Below are positions 1-11,285 of a DNA stretch of 64,000 nt, piece after piece. The stretch is from Isurus oxyrinchus. Its lineage: Eukaryota. Numbering within the stretch: the stretch's first letter is position 1; every line of letters begins with the position of its first letter. The notes under the pieces are model-generated. The model did not search any database. It was not told the DNA's origin and saw only the letters and a program-made list of their open reading frames with translations. Position numbers and translations under genes: made by a program. The stretch lies in assembly GCA_026770705.1 (NCBI GenBank), contig JANJGN010000003.1, positions 115,940,001-116,004,000 of the forward strand. The letters are read 5' to 3'.

Positions 1-316
1 GGCCAAAGCATGATTTCATCAAGATACTGGCTTCAAGGTGCCACATTCCAACTTTAACTTGGGCATGTTTTGCTGTGCACTCATAACACCCTCTGGAGAG
101 TAATATGCTTCCTTGTCCTCTCAGAAGAGCAGTAGTTCTGGAGTTTGAGGAAAATATATGTTTGACAATGTAAATTGACAAATTTAAATGGCATTTAAAT
201 TTAACAACACATGCACGGTTTTATCAAGATCCCTGAAAGTTACCATTGAAACCAAGGCGAGAATGGGACAGTTAATTCATGGGGCTCATTAACAGTCAGG
301 GAAATACTGCAACAAA

Positions 317-425
317 AAAAACAAAAACAGAATTACCTGGAAAAACTCAGCAGGTCTGGCAGCATCGGCGGAGAAGAAAAAAGTTGACGTTTCGAGTCCT
401 CATGACCCTTCGACAGAACTTGAGA
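317..425 (-). mobile_element. Penelope-like terminal-repeat fragment carrying a minimal hammerhead ribozyme
   Basis: Same repeat as 10431, 36268, 38758 and 49333. Flanked by the 11-bp direct repeat ACTGCAACAAA (306-316 / 426-436). Confidence 0.7.
382..420 (-). ncRNA. Minimal type-I hammerhead ribozyme motif (variant core CUGUCGA)
   Basis: Minus strand reads AGTT-CTGTCGA-A-GGGTC-ATGAG-GACTC-GAAA-CG-TC-AACT: stem I AGUU/AACU, stem II GGGUC/GACUC, GUC cleavage triplet. Confidence 0.6.
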
Positions 426-573
426 ACTGCAACAAATTGCCAGTGTTCACAGCTGCTTTCTTACCTCCCACTGGGAAATCGTTTGTTGAGAGTGCTGGTT
501 GTGATGTTAATTTCTGCACTTTGTAGACATTGACATTCAAAATGAGTATGGATAGGACTATGGCTGCCTTCGA

Positions 574-786
574 ATGGACCTCAAACAAGGAGCAATAGGG
601 CCAATAGCAATGGGAGGTTGGTCAGTAGTGAGGGAAACAGCAGTGGGGAGCGGGGGGGGGGGGTGGTCAAACTCACTGGAGGTACTATTCATGCAACAGG
701 ATGCACAGGCAGGGGCTCAGTTTCTTGATCTGCCAGAAGAGCAGTGCTTGCAGAGGCTGAGGTTGTCACTTCATGTGGTGGCATAG
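574..786 (+). pseudogene. Harbinger transposase N-terminal remnant
   Basis: FLDLPEEQCLQRLRLSLHVVA resembles YLNMSDVQCQRRLHLSRETV in the N-terminus of the transposase at 24533-25769. Confidence 0.45.
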
Positions 787-803
787 TATTTCACTTCTTG
801 TGT

Positions 804-1095
804 GTCAGCCATGGCTCAGTTGGTAGCACTCCCATCTATCAAGTACAAGGTTCTGGTTTCAAGTCCCACTCCAGGGTTTGAACATAAAAATCAAGGCAAC
901 ACTTCAGAGCAGGACTGAGGGACAGCTGCATGGTTGGAGATGCTGTCTTTCAGGTGAGATATTAAACTGAGGTCCCATCTGCCTGTGCGGGTGAGTATAA
1001 AAGATTTCACGATGCTATTTTGAAGAAGAGCAACAAAGTTATCTCTGCTGTCCTGGCCAATATTTATCCCTCAATCAACATCACCAAAAAACAGA
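804..1095 (+). mobile_element. tRNA-derived Deu-domain SINE (SacSINE1-like), 5' part
   Basis: A-box TGGCTCAGTTGG, B-box-like GGTTTCAAGTCC, and Deu-like core ending GTCCTGGCCAATATTTATCCCTCAATCAACATCAC. Interrupted at 1096. Confidence 0.8.
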
Positions 1096-2364
1096 GGCCG
1101 GGATTTTCTGTGCCCGCTGGCATCGGGTATGCTCAGCAGTGTGAGCAGACAATATGGCGAGGAGGCCAAAAATCACACACACACATACACATACACACAA
1201 ACACCCAACATCATGAAACCAATTTGCGATCGTACGCTCCACCCACCAACGGCGAGCCATGTTCCCCACCATCAGACATCAGGAACCTCATTATAATACA
1301 TCAGCATATCATTATAAGGTCAGCCTGCCAGACTCATCCTCCCGCCCCCATCGGATCGTCCACCCATGACGATGGGAAAACATGCCGATGTGTTTCACAA
1401 CAGCATAAAAAAGGCGTGCAGTTGGCGGACTGTACTTCACTCGGGACTTCATGGTTTACTTCACAGTCATCAATGCCAGACTTCACAGACAGCACCATAT
1501 CACTTTTAGGGAGGGGTCATGGGTAGGTTTCTACCTACCAGATCAGCCATATGTGGGTGGCTTTTCAACAGCTGCACTGCTAGGGCATACTTCGAGAAGG
1601 GGAAGAAGTGGCCTCAGGCAAAGAAAGAGGCTGCAGGGTGAGGGCTATACTGGGGAAGGAGGGCAATCCAGGGTGTGTGTGAGGGCTCATGTTGATCTGT
1701 GCAAGTGGCCTCAAGATGATGAGGGCTTAGGAGGCAGTCCCCAGAGGAGATGAGGCCAGATGGACATGTGAGGGTGTGCGTGTGAGAATGGGTGGTGATG
1801 TCCTTGAGCTGGCAGTGAGTGAGATGACAGTGAATGTGTGATGAGCTGAGTATGTGAGTTTAGAGTGTTGAGATGGTTGCCATACCCTGGCTGCACTGAT
1901 GAGATCATTCATCCTCTATCTGCATTGGATGGCCAACCTCTTCTGTGGAGGATTGGCACTGACACCACTGCCATTGCCTACCAAGCCAGAATGGTAATGC
2001 AGCTGCCCCTCATGCGGCCAGAGCAAGGGTAGAGGACATCACAGCAGGCCTCCACAGCATCCAAAAGGCACTCAAGGTCTGCATTCCTCTTGCTTTTCAG
2101 GGCCAATTCTTTTTACAGCAGTCCTGGGCTGAGCGTGGCTGTACTTTACATGTGGTGCCTGGCGTGATGAAGCGGTGAGATGATGGCGTGGTGAGCAAAT
2201 GAGAGCCTGCCCGCCATTGAAACGCTGTGTTTCCTGAAAATGCATAAGTAATGAGACGTGTTTGGGATGATACGGCGTGAAAACCCTCCATCGCAGCCAG
2301 CAAGTAAAACATCGTTTTACCCACCCGCCACCGCACTTAGTGCAAATCTGGGATGTTTCAGCCC
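1096..2364 (-). mobile_element. Internally deleted Harbinger element (retains Myb/SANT exon 1) inserted into a SINE
   Basis: Splits the SINE; ends GGCCGGGATTTT / TTTCAGCCC with AGA/AGT flanks. Minus strand encodes ...RMNDLISAARV. The right end is the reverse complement of the 30030-30280 region. Confidence 0.7.
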
Positions 2365-2545
2365 AGTGTCTCTGCTCATTATCACATTGTTGTTTGGAGG
2401 AGTTTGCTGAACGAATATTGGCTGTTGTGTTTCCTACATTACGATAGTGACTACACTTCAAAAAATACTTCTTTGGCTGTAAAGTGCTTTGAGATGGCTG
2501 ATGGTCATGAAAGGCACAATATTAATACAAATCTTTCCTTACTTT
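2365..2545 (+). mobile_element. Deu-domain SINE, 3' part with LINE-derived tail
   Basis: CATTATCACATTG...TACATTACGATAGTGACTACACTTCAAAA...GCTGTAAAGTGCTTTGAGA continues the 804-1095 SINE (compare 39150-39330). Confidence 0.8.
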
Positions 2546-2759
2546 CTTTCCTGCCACTCTGCTGCAGAGCAGTTTGGTGAAGATCAGAGACAAGCTGTAA
2601 GGCTAAGGTACTATCACAATCCCTGTAGACACCAACAATTTTTGAATTTCCAAGGTAATTAGGTTGGGAATTGATGTGATGGAGTAGGCTTGACAAGGCA
2701 GAGTTGTGGGGGGAAGGAGGTAGGTGATATGCAAAACAGGATGTAGGTGAGTGTGCAAC

Positions 2760-4810
2760 TATACTCACCATTCCTGACTGGGTTAGGTCACGAAAGCACT
2801 TCCTGCACTGAATCCCAGGCTGTGGCACAATCCTGCTGCTGACCTCCTCAGCCATCAAAATCCTTTGTTGCAGGAGTAGGTTTCTTCCTTGGGAAAGAGT
2901 AACTTTTGCTGATTCTTTACTGAACCCAGGAGTGCATCAAGCAATGTTCCATTAAATCAAACCGCAGACCTTGACTCTACTGAATCTGTTCTGAGACTTG
3001 CATAATTACACTATTTGTAGCTCATAAGTTGACAAGATTGTGGTATAAGCAGGAAGTGGGAGGTGAGGAAGAGGGTTAGGTATGAGGATATTGTGATCGT
3101 CGATGCTTTCAACCCTACCAGTGATCGCAGCCTCAGCAATAACCCTTCCCATTAAGGCCAGCACTGTTTCCCTCATGGGGGTTGGAACATTCAGGTATGC
3201 TTCTCCCCCACCAGTTACTTGCTGCTGCTCCCACTTGTAGGCCATCTTTTCCTATGAGAGAGGGATGTTTATCAGTGAGGGTCAGCAATCTGAGTGATGT
3301 GGTTGTCATGGTTAAATAGCTGGCAGTGTGTGCAAACTGTGAGATGTGGGGGAAGGCTTGCAGCTGTGCTAAGAGTGTAAGGGTGAGGTGAATCAAATGA
3401 ATGTTAGGTATGAGTCCTGATGGCCTGCACCCTGGATGGATGCTCACCACCATTAATTAAAGAGTGCTTTTGAGAGTCATTCCCTACCATCAAACTCACT
3501 GCATTTTTAGCCCATGATATACCTTCCCTGACTTGGTATGAATCAGGAAATCCATCATGTGCCCTCAATCCTTCAGCCCCATCCCATTATTGAAAATCAC
3601 AATAAAAAAAGACCACCAGTTCTGCCACTGCCCCTTTACAATCGTCATGGTTTACCTGCATCAAAAACAAAGAAGAGAAACATTACACAACTAATAGTAC
3701 TTACAAATATTAAACTATTCACTCTGGTGCTTATGCTTGGTGATTACCTTTAAGTGCACTTGTGTAATCTAGTACTGCTATAAAATGCAACCACAATGCA
3801 GCAACAGGCAAGGTGAATGGCTACTGAGAATCCAAAGAGGGCAGTTCAGATCTCCTCCTGTGATACCCTCAAGAGGCTCTGGGCTGTGATGGTCCTGCCT
3901 CAGACTGTACCATCTCAACATGGACTTCAGCAATGGGCCTTCTAGCTGACAGGCAATGGCAAGGATAATGGTGGAGTGGTGGGGGAGGGAGGAGGGATGC
4001 TTCCATATGGGGAGAGGCCAATAGGTTCCTGCTTCTGATTCCCATGCTACCATCATGGGTTGTCTGCTCAGCCTGCTGAGTGACCTGGTGGAGGGCAGAT
4101 CTCTAGCAAATGGAGACACTCTACAAATCCCCTTTAACCAAGAAACCCAGAGCCACTATGGCTGCTGCACAGCTCTGGAAGTGACCAGCTTCTCAAGGTG
4201 GAGGTGACAATTCCATCCTCCTACCTATGACCTGTTAGCTTTCAGGCAGGCTCTCCATTACATCAAACCCATCAGCCTTCTTCAGAAACTTGGCCTTCAT
4301 CTGACTCCTTTACAGCAGAACTAGTATGCAACCCTATGGTCCAGTATTCCCTCTACTCCTGTGTGGTTGCTGTCCATGATAGCCTGTTGCATCTCACTGT
4401 AAGGATCCCTGTTCTATTTTAGCTCTAAGTTACACATGGTATTGATCTTTGAGCTGATGCCTGTGATAGTGGTAGCGATTGATGCAGTGCTATTTTCTTC
4501 ACTATCCTCCTCCTCTTCCTTCAGGATGGAGGCGAGGCAGTTGTTAACTCGTCTATGGTTCTGCATTGATATTGCTGGAAGGGTTCGGGTGAAGGGTATG
4601 TGGCTACTGTAGGAGGATGTATGATGAGCACAGATGGAATGTGGGAGTGAAGATAGCTTACGGGGATAAGGGATCAAGAATAGTTATACATCTATAAGGA
4701 AGCTGGAGTGACCACATACCAGTAAGCATATGACTCCTGCTCTACCTCTGGCCACAGCACCTCCCACTCCCCTCCCAGTCAAGGTGAGCACTGCCTCCTC
4801 AAAGGGATGC
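2760..4810 (-). pseudogene. Old, fragmented Harbinger Myb/SANT gene remnants (probably more than one copy)
   Basis: Minus-strand peptides MAEEVSSRIVPQPGIQCRKCFRDLTQSG (exon-1-like) and MAYKWEQQQVTGGGEAYLNVPTPMRETVLALMG (exon-2-like). Confidence 0.45.
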
Positions 4811-4879
4811 AGGTATGATTGACCTCCTCTAGGTAGGTCCTGCTGTCAGTTGTTGTTAAGTATTTTATCCTGAAACACA

Positions 4880-5665
4880 ACAACAATTTTTATCCATATT
4901 ATGCATTTAATGTAATAAAACAAGCAGCATTATAAAGCAAACTTGGACACTGAGCTACATGGGGCAGATAATCAGAAGTTTGGTCAAAAAGTTAGGTTTT
5001 ATGGAGTATCTTCAAGAAGGAAAGAGATGTAGAGAGACAGAAAAGTGTTAAGAGGGGATTGCAGAGCTAAGCAGCTGAAGGGAAAGCCACCAATGATGGA
5101 GCAATTAAAATTGGGAATTCTCTAGTAACCAGAATTAGATGAGTGCAGATACCTCAGAGGATTGTGTTTTGTTGAGGCTGGAGGAAATCAGAGATAAGGA
5201 AAGATGAGGCCAAGGAGGGGCTTGCAAACAAGAATGGGAATTTCGAGGTGTTACTTGACTAGGAGTCAATGTTAGTCGGGAAATACAGAGGTGATGGTGA
5301 ACAAGACTTAGCACAAATAAGGATATGGGAAGCAGAGTTTTGGATGATCTTAAGTTTATGGAGGGTAGAACATGGAAAGCTGGCCAGAACTGTGTTGGAA
5401 TAGTCAAGTCTAGAGGTAAATAAGGCATGGGAGAGTTCCGCATCCAATGAGCAGAGGCAGCTGCAGAGTTAGGTTATGTTATGGAGGTATGTGGGTGGGA
5501 GTTCACCTTGGGATCAAATATGGCACCAAGTTTGAGAGCAGTCTGGTTCAGCCTCAGACAGTTGCCAAGTAGAGGGATGAAGTCAGTAGATGATCCCAAC
5601 ACAATGGCTTCAGATTTCCCTATGTTTTGTTGGAGGAAATTTCTGTTCATCCAGAACTGGATCCA
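4880..5665 (-). mobile_element. L2-clade LINE 3' fragment
   Basis: LSHALFTSRLDYSNTVLASFPCSTLHKLKIIQNSASHIL matches the typical L2 ORF2 C-terminal motif (SRLDYCN...LQxxQNxAA). Confidence 0.8.
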
Positions 5666-5769
5666 ATAATAGAGGTATGAATATCAGCGCAAAGTTAGAC
5701 AATGGATGAAGTATGTTAAAGTTGTGATGTTGGTGATGGTGGTGCAGTTATTGATTGATATGGTTCTGG

Positions 5770-6025
5770 TGAGATGAGACCTGACCTTGACCATTCATGC
5801 TGTCATGAAATTTCTTGGAGCCCTGGAGCTATATCCTGGGGACAGGGCTCCTGTCTGTCAGCTCCTATATGATGTCCTCCACCATGCACTGCATCAGCTG
5901 CCTCTGCAGCTTCCTTCCCCGCTGCAGGTAGTGGACATCCATCCTCTTCTTGAGCTCCCCCACCGGGGCTTCCAGCTCCATGATAGAGAACATGGATGCT
6001 CTCTTCCTCAATCTTTGAGCCATCC
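5770..6025 (-). pseudogene. Harbinger-type Myb/SANT exon-1 remnant
   Basis: MAQRLRKRASMFSIMELEAPVGELKKRMDV...KKFHD fits the Myb_DNA-bind_5-like pattern (RxxxFSxxExxxLxxxV...KKFxD), with stops. Confidence 0.55.
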
Positions 6026-6944
6026 TTCCATAATAACTTGCCTCCCAACCAGCGCACTCCACACCTTTGTATACATCTCTAGGAAAATTGCATCCAATCA
6101 GCACTTGAATGCTAAACTTGCAGCATCAGTTTCAGGACCTTTAGGCACCTTTAAACACGATAATCATTAGCCCCAAAACTGTGTTCAAAATCTATACACA
6201 CCTGTTTTCACCCTTTGGCTAGGATAACCCCCCATGGTCTTTACAGATCCGTTGACTTAGCAATTTTAACTGAAGTATGGTATCAATAAGCATTCTTGCC
6301 ACCACAGGGATTGACATCACTGTATTTCATTACAAAATGACAAATCTAATTCCACATGTAGTCTGTTCATTTAAGTTGGAGTGCATCCATGAGCCCTTAA
6401 AGCGATAACCAATTCTATAGGACACAACTGATTTTCTGTGTCATCGTTGAGTCATTCAACACTTTCTTTTCATCATTGATATACCAGACAATAAGCAGTG
6501 AAATGTAGAATCAGAGGGCGTGATTACCCTGGTGTGTCATCTTCTGACATCATTTATATATTCTCATTGAGTGGAAGCAATAGTAAAAGCTACTTTGCAG
6601 CATGAATCTTCTTTTCAGTTTAGCACAATGCTTTAATGTTTGTTCAGAGCATCAATGTTACCTTGTTTTGAAAAGGCCAAATAGCTGTATCATGAAATCC
6701 ACTTAATGATAACTCTAATAAGAAAATAACACTTCCAGAAGCAACCTTGTCATTATGAATGAAAGTTAATATTATTGGACCTTTTTCCACTGCACAAAGC
6801 TAACTGAGAGTTTTCAGTTTGGGAAGTGTATTTAAACTGGTAGACAATGGTATCGCGGCCTCAAATTCATTCAAACTGATCTGGCAGACATGCTGCTATC
6901 ACATTCTATCGGTGGCTGCTTCATCCTGGGTTTTAGGGTTAACA

Positions 6945-7060
6945 TTTCCTACATTACAACAGTGACTATGCTTCAAAAGTACTTGATTGGCTGTAAAGCT
7001 CTTTGAGATATCCTGTGGTCATGAAAAGCGCTATATGAATGCAAATCTTTCTTTCTTTCT
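6945..7060 (+). mobile_element. Deu-SINE/LINE 3' tail fragment
   Basis: TTTCCTACATTACAACAGTGACTATGCTTCAAAAGTAC...GCGCTATATGAATGCAAATCTTTCTTTCTTT. Confidence 0.75.
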
Positions 7061-7764
7061 AACATTGCAAGATTTTAAGGTAGCCTTTAGTGTGTGTTTA
7101 TTGCAGTTCATCTGCTTGCCTCTCTTATGATATCCAGACTGTAGCTCAGCATAGAAGGTAACTTTGGGAATCCTACAATTAGGTACGAGAATGGTAGGTT
7201 GAGTGAGTGCAATTATGGCCTTATATTATATTGCAGGACCTGAAGCATCAGTGCTGGACATCCTGTCCAGCCACCTGTTGTTATCAATATGTTGTATTGA
7301 AATGGTCTTTGTTTGATGTGATGGCAATAGCTAATCCACATAGTAGGACGTTGAGGAGAACAGCTTGCTGTATTAGTGATTTTTGATGATAAGCTAACAC
7401 TTCGTTCCTTCATCTAAGTCTGCCAAAGGCTGTTTCAGTATGTTAATCCAATGAGTGCAGCATAGATTATGGTAAAAGAACATTACGGAGTAACAGAATT
7501 TGTCCATGATCTTAAGTGGTAAGTTAATGATTGAAGCGACAGTAGGTATGACGAGATAATCAGGTATGGGCTTGAGTAAGCTATGAATTCAGATCTTTTA
7601 AGTTGGTTGTCAGGCCAAAATGTTGCAACTTGTTATCTGAATTCATTTCAGCTTGCATGTGGCAAATGAAGGTTGGATATGTCATTGCACAGTATTGAGT
7701 ATCATTGAGCATTGGATGGCTTCTACTCAGCAAGTTACACCTTATCTGGACACATCTTTTATTT

Positions 7765-8040
7765 ATTTACCATTAACACCCCTTTGACTTTTGTATCATG
7801 AATCTTTTTGTCACTTAATCTCTCCTGACCTCCCCCTATCACAGTCCTTTCCCCTTGTTCTTTTTTCCCCTCCTCTCTCTCCTTTCACTTGCTCAAAACG
7901 TTTCTGCCTTTCCTCAGTTCTGATGATGGGTGATCAACCTGAAATGTTTCTCTCCACAGATGCTCCCTGACCTGCTGAGCACTTCAAGCATTTTCTCTTT
8001 TTATTTCAGATTTCCAGCACCTGCACTATTTTGCTTTTGT
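7765..8040 (+). mobile_element. Older Penelope-like 3' end / terminal repeat with canonical CTGATGA hammerhead core
   Basis: Pyrimidine-rich run, then AGTT-CTGATGA-TGGGT-GATCA-ACCT-GAAA and CTCTCCACAGATGCT...ATTTCAGATTTCCAGCA; similar to 32335-32682. Confidence 0.6.
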
Positions 8041-8146
8041 ACTGAGTATCAATTCCCCTGTCACAATTCTCAAGGGTCTTGAGCAGTACCACATATAATG
8101 GACACATTGAATGCAATATATTCAGATAAAAAGGAAAACAACGTTC

Positions 8147-8283
8147 AGTTCTGAAGAAAGGTACATGCCCAAAATGTCATAATTCATCTTTTCCCTTTAT
8201 GGATGCTGACAGGCCTGCTGTGTTTCTTCAGCACTTTTGTATCTTTGGTTCAGATTTCCAACATTTGCAATTTTTGCTTTTTT
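8147..8283 (+). mobile_element. Decayed Penelope-like terminal-repeat fragment
   Basis: AGTT-CTGAAGA-AAGGT..., GATGCTGACAGGCCTGCTG, TTCAGATTTCCAACATTTGCAATTTTT. Confidence 0.5.
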
Positions 8284-8315
8284 AAAAAGAATTATGTACC
8301 ATTTTAGTACATCAG

Positions 8316-8471
8316 TGCCAGTGGACTGAGTTTACCTTCAGATGGGATCACAATATCAATAGTGTTTAGGTTAAAACATCAAGCTTTTCCACAAAATCAA
8401 ATGGTACAATAAGCAATACAGATGGAAATGGGCTCTCTGCCATCAAAGGGTGATAACATATAATGGTGTGA
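8316..8471 (-). repeat. 3' LTR (preceded by polypurine tract AAGAAAAAGAGG at 8472-8483)
   Basis: Aligns with 13645-13821 (GCCAGTGGACTGAGTTTTACCTTCAG; AATGGGCTCTCTGCCATCAAAGGGTGATAACATATAATG). Ends in CA on the minus strand. Confidence 0.7.
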
Positions 8472-10430
8472 CCTCTTTTTCTTATCCCTGTACATCAAAT
8501 TCCCTTCTTGTATTATTTAACAATGCCACAAAATAACCAAGATGAATATATGCAAACAGCTTCTTTGCATCAAAATGAAGTCTTAAGTGAACATGGGGCC
8601 CAAAGAGTACAAACTCATAAATATAAGAAGCAAGAATATCTTTGTGAAAGGCAGTCCAAACACATGCATAGGAATCACAACAAGTGGTATGGATACTGGG
8701 CATACAAACACATATCACAGGTCTGGACTATCCTCCAGCCACTGGGGTTTATTCTGTCCCCAACTATTAGCATATTAATCCTGAAGTATAAAATCTGCTA
8801 GATGTTTCAGGAGTTGAACACCTTAAAGAAGGCATCAAAGGAATAGGGCTAGTGGTGCATTTAGACAGTTGGCTAGATGTGCTAAAAGCCAGTTCTATGG
8901 GATCAGGGGCCTGGGCTGGAGGCTGCAAGACTGGATCAGATGGCTGCATCAGAACAGGGATCTGCGCTGGGGACTGCAAGATTAGACTAGGCGATAAAGG
9001 CTGTGTCTCTGGAATAGATATCAGTGTCTCTGCATCGGGAGGTAGGGGTCTGTCTCAAAGTCAGTGATTCAAACAGGACCGGGGGACATCGCAGGTTGTC
9101 GAATTTGCGTGGTTGATCCCAGTGTTGACAGCACTGGAGCTGTGGAAGGTGTGCACAGCTCAGCTAGTATGCTAGGGTTTGCAGAAACGGGCTGGACAGT
9201 TGTGGAACATTCATCGCGATTGGTAGAACTGTAGCTAGAAATGCAGCAGATCACAGAGCCAGTGCAGAAGGAAGCATCCTTGGAGCATTTAGATCTCTTA
9301 CCTTGATAAGTTGTGCTACGTAGCTGGGAACTGATGAACTTGTGAATATTGCACCAGCCATTGACAGAGGTAACCAAGTAGTGTCAGTGGGCCTGTGACT
9401 TGTTGAGATCAGCTTCAAGGATTACCTGATCTCCAAAATCAACTGAAGTGATTGTTGGTTGCACTCCTAGTGGGCCCTTGGATTTCTGACTGTATGGGCA
9501 ATTGATCTGGCAGGGTCAATGTTGATCCCCAATTACCCTCTCATCAGACAAGAGGTAATCAGCACATTGATGAACTGGTCTCTCACAGAAAAGCCTTGGG
9601 AACAAAGGAGTGATTTGAGTTGTGCAATGGCAATAGACAGGTCCAAAGATGTGATAGGACTTCCATGTAGTTTGTGGCTTTGAAGCTCACCCTCTAATTC
9701 CCATACTGCCCTCTCTGCTGCTGGATTCTTGTTGGGGTTCTTTGATCCCTCGAGCTCAGTCATAATGTGGTGCTCCTGAAGCAGCTTGTCAGCTAACTGG
9801 GTGGAAAACCCAGGGACAGGATCAGTCTGTACAGCAGCTTATGGACCATCTAGTGGACGAAACCCAAGGTACAACTGGAGGAGAGCATCTCTTAAGGTAT
9901 CATGGTGTTCATTGGCAATGATGTAAGCTGCTGTGTAACAAGTAACACACTTTAGCAAAACTAAATTTAGTTGTTGCTCACGCATGGTAACAGCAGCAGC
10001 AAATGAGATGCCAACCACCTCTGGAGGCTCACTTGAAGATTGGGGGACAATGTATGGAATGATCTGGAGAGCAGAATAAATATGTCAGTTAGCTGTAAGC
10101 TGCTCAATGGAGACATCCATGTCAAGTACATAGATATATCAGTGGGTGACCGATTTAAGTTGATGACATGATGGGTGACCATAATGGACAGCAGTGTTAA
10201 GGCCTTCCAGAACATCATGCGGAATAATAATGCATTCTCTGGAGGGGGCCAGGGGCTCATTGCGCCGAATGACAAGTAAACCATCCTGTTCAATCCATGT
10301 GGATTGTATAGCAATCCGGAGGTAGCCATGAGTGTTAGTAAGCTTTTTTAAAGGGTGGGTGCTTTGCAACACATGGGCACATGTGCGATGAAGGAGGGGA
10401 TATTCAGAGTCAGACTGGATAGCTAGCCAT

Positions 10431-10657
10431 AAAAACAAAAAACTGCGAATGCTGGAAATCCAAAACAAAAGCAGAATTACCTGGAAAAACTCAGGTCTGG
10501 CAGCATCAGTGGAGAAGAAAAGAGTTGACGTTTCGAGTCCTCATGACCCTTCAGCAGAACTTCTGCTGAAGGGTCATGAGGACTCGAAACGTCAACTCTT
10601 TTCTTCTCCACCGATGCTGCCAGACCTGAGTTTTTCCAGGTAATTCTGTTTTTGTTT
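10431..10657. mobile_element. Palindromic (inverted) Penelope-like terminal-repeat insertion with two hammerhead motifs
   Basis: About 100-bp near-perfect inverted repeat centred at 10560/10561. 15-bp TSD TGGATAGCTAG(C/T)CAT at 10416-10430 and 10658-10672. Sits inside Gypsy pol. Confidence 0.8.
10523..10597. ncRNA. Back-to-back minimal hammerhead motifs (one per strand, core CUGCUGA)
   Basis: Plus: CTGCTGA-A-GGGTC-ATGAG-GACTC-GAAACGTC-AACT (10563-10597). Minus: the same motif with the full AGTT stem-I strand (10523-10561). Confidence 0.6.
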
Positions 10658-11039
10658 TGGATAGCTAGTCATGCTGGACTGCTGGTGAAAGGGGCTTTTG
10701 TTGAGGCTGACACAATGTTATCAATAGATATCCAGGGAACAGTGGAATGTGAGGTCTGGTTTATGAAGGAACAGACTTGGCATGTGGGGACCTCACAGTT
10801 AGGTGCATTGGGGCTTGCAAAATCTGATGGGATATTCACAGATCCAGCTAGGTGTCTGACAGGGGTGTGGTAGTGACTTACTGTGGAAAGGAAGGTAGTG
10901 ACATGGGACTGGCAGAACATTCTCCCCTGCACAGTTTCTCAGAGGTCTACACACATGTTTTGTTGTCTGTAAGGACACAAGGATGATGCTTGAACTGCAC
11001 AATATATGGGCTGAAGCCATGTCTTCTTCATTCTGGGGC

Positions 11040-11285
11040 CCATTTGCTGTCCCAGGTGTCACTCACTATAGAGTTCTGGTCTGCTGGGACTGCTAGAGCT
11101 GCTGGCCAATCAGATTAGCTGGCTGATCTCGAGGATGGGAATTCCTTCCACTGGAGGGCAGAAGTCCCATCCTCACCTCCTTAAGACTGCCCAGAGCATG
11201 TCATAGCTGTGGGTTGCCTTGCTTAACATTCGTCAGTTCAGGACCAACATTTCTTTTAGGGCGGCAGGGGAGAGCAATACACACA
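11040..11285. mobile_element. Non-autonomous element fragment at the site of the RT/RNase H deletion in the Gypsy element
   Basis: GCTGGCCAATCAGATTAGCTGGCTG...GGAGGGCAGAAGTCCCATCCTC resembles 33630-33710. The YxDD region of RT is missing here. Confidence 0.4.

Noticed and set aside
279-533. Short ORFs with MLEIQNK...WKNSAGLAAS-type peptides (also at 10449, 36171, 38804, 38877)
   Set aside because: Chance translations of the PLE-like repeat, not genes.
804-880. tRNA gene-like sequences (also 21030, 27795, 38519, 48398)
   Set aside because: SINE heads that continue into SINE body or lack a full cloverleaf.
8800-9400. Pro/Ser-rich ORF as an env-like or extra gene
   Set aside because: Most simply the low-complexity C-terminal extension of integrase; no signal peptide or transmembrane evidence.
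10431-10657. Could be a MITE or pre-miRNA hairpin
   Set aside because: Arms are unequal, the TSD is 15 bp, and the same unit occurs solo with variable TSD lengths. This fits target-primed retrotransposition rather than a TIR transposon or miRNA gene.
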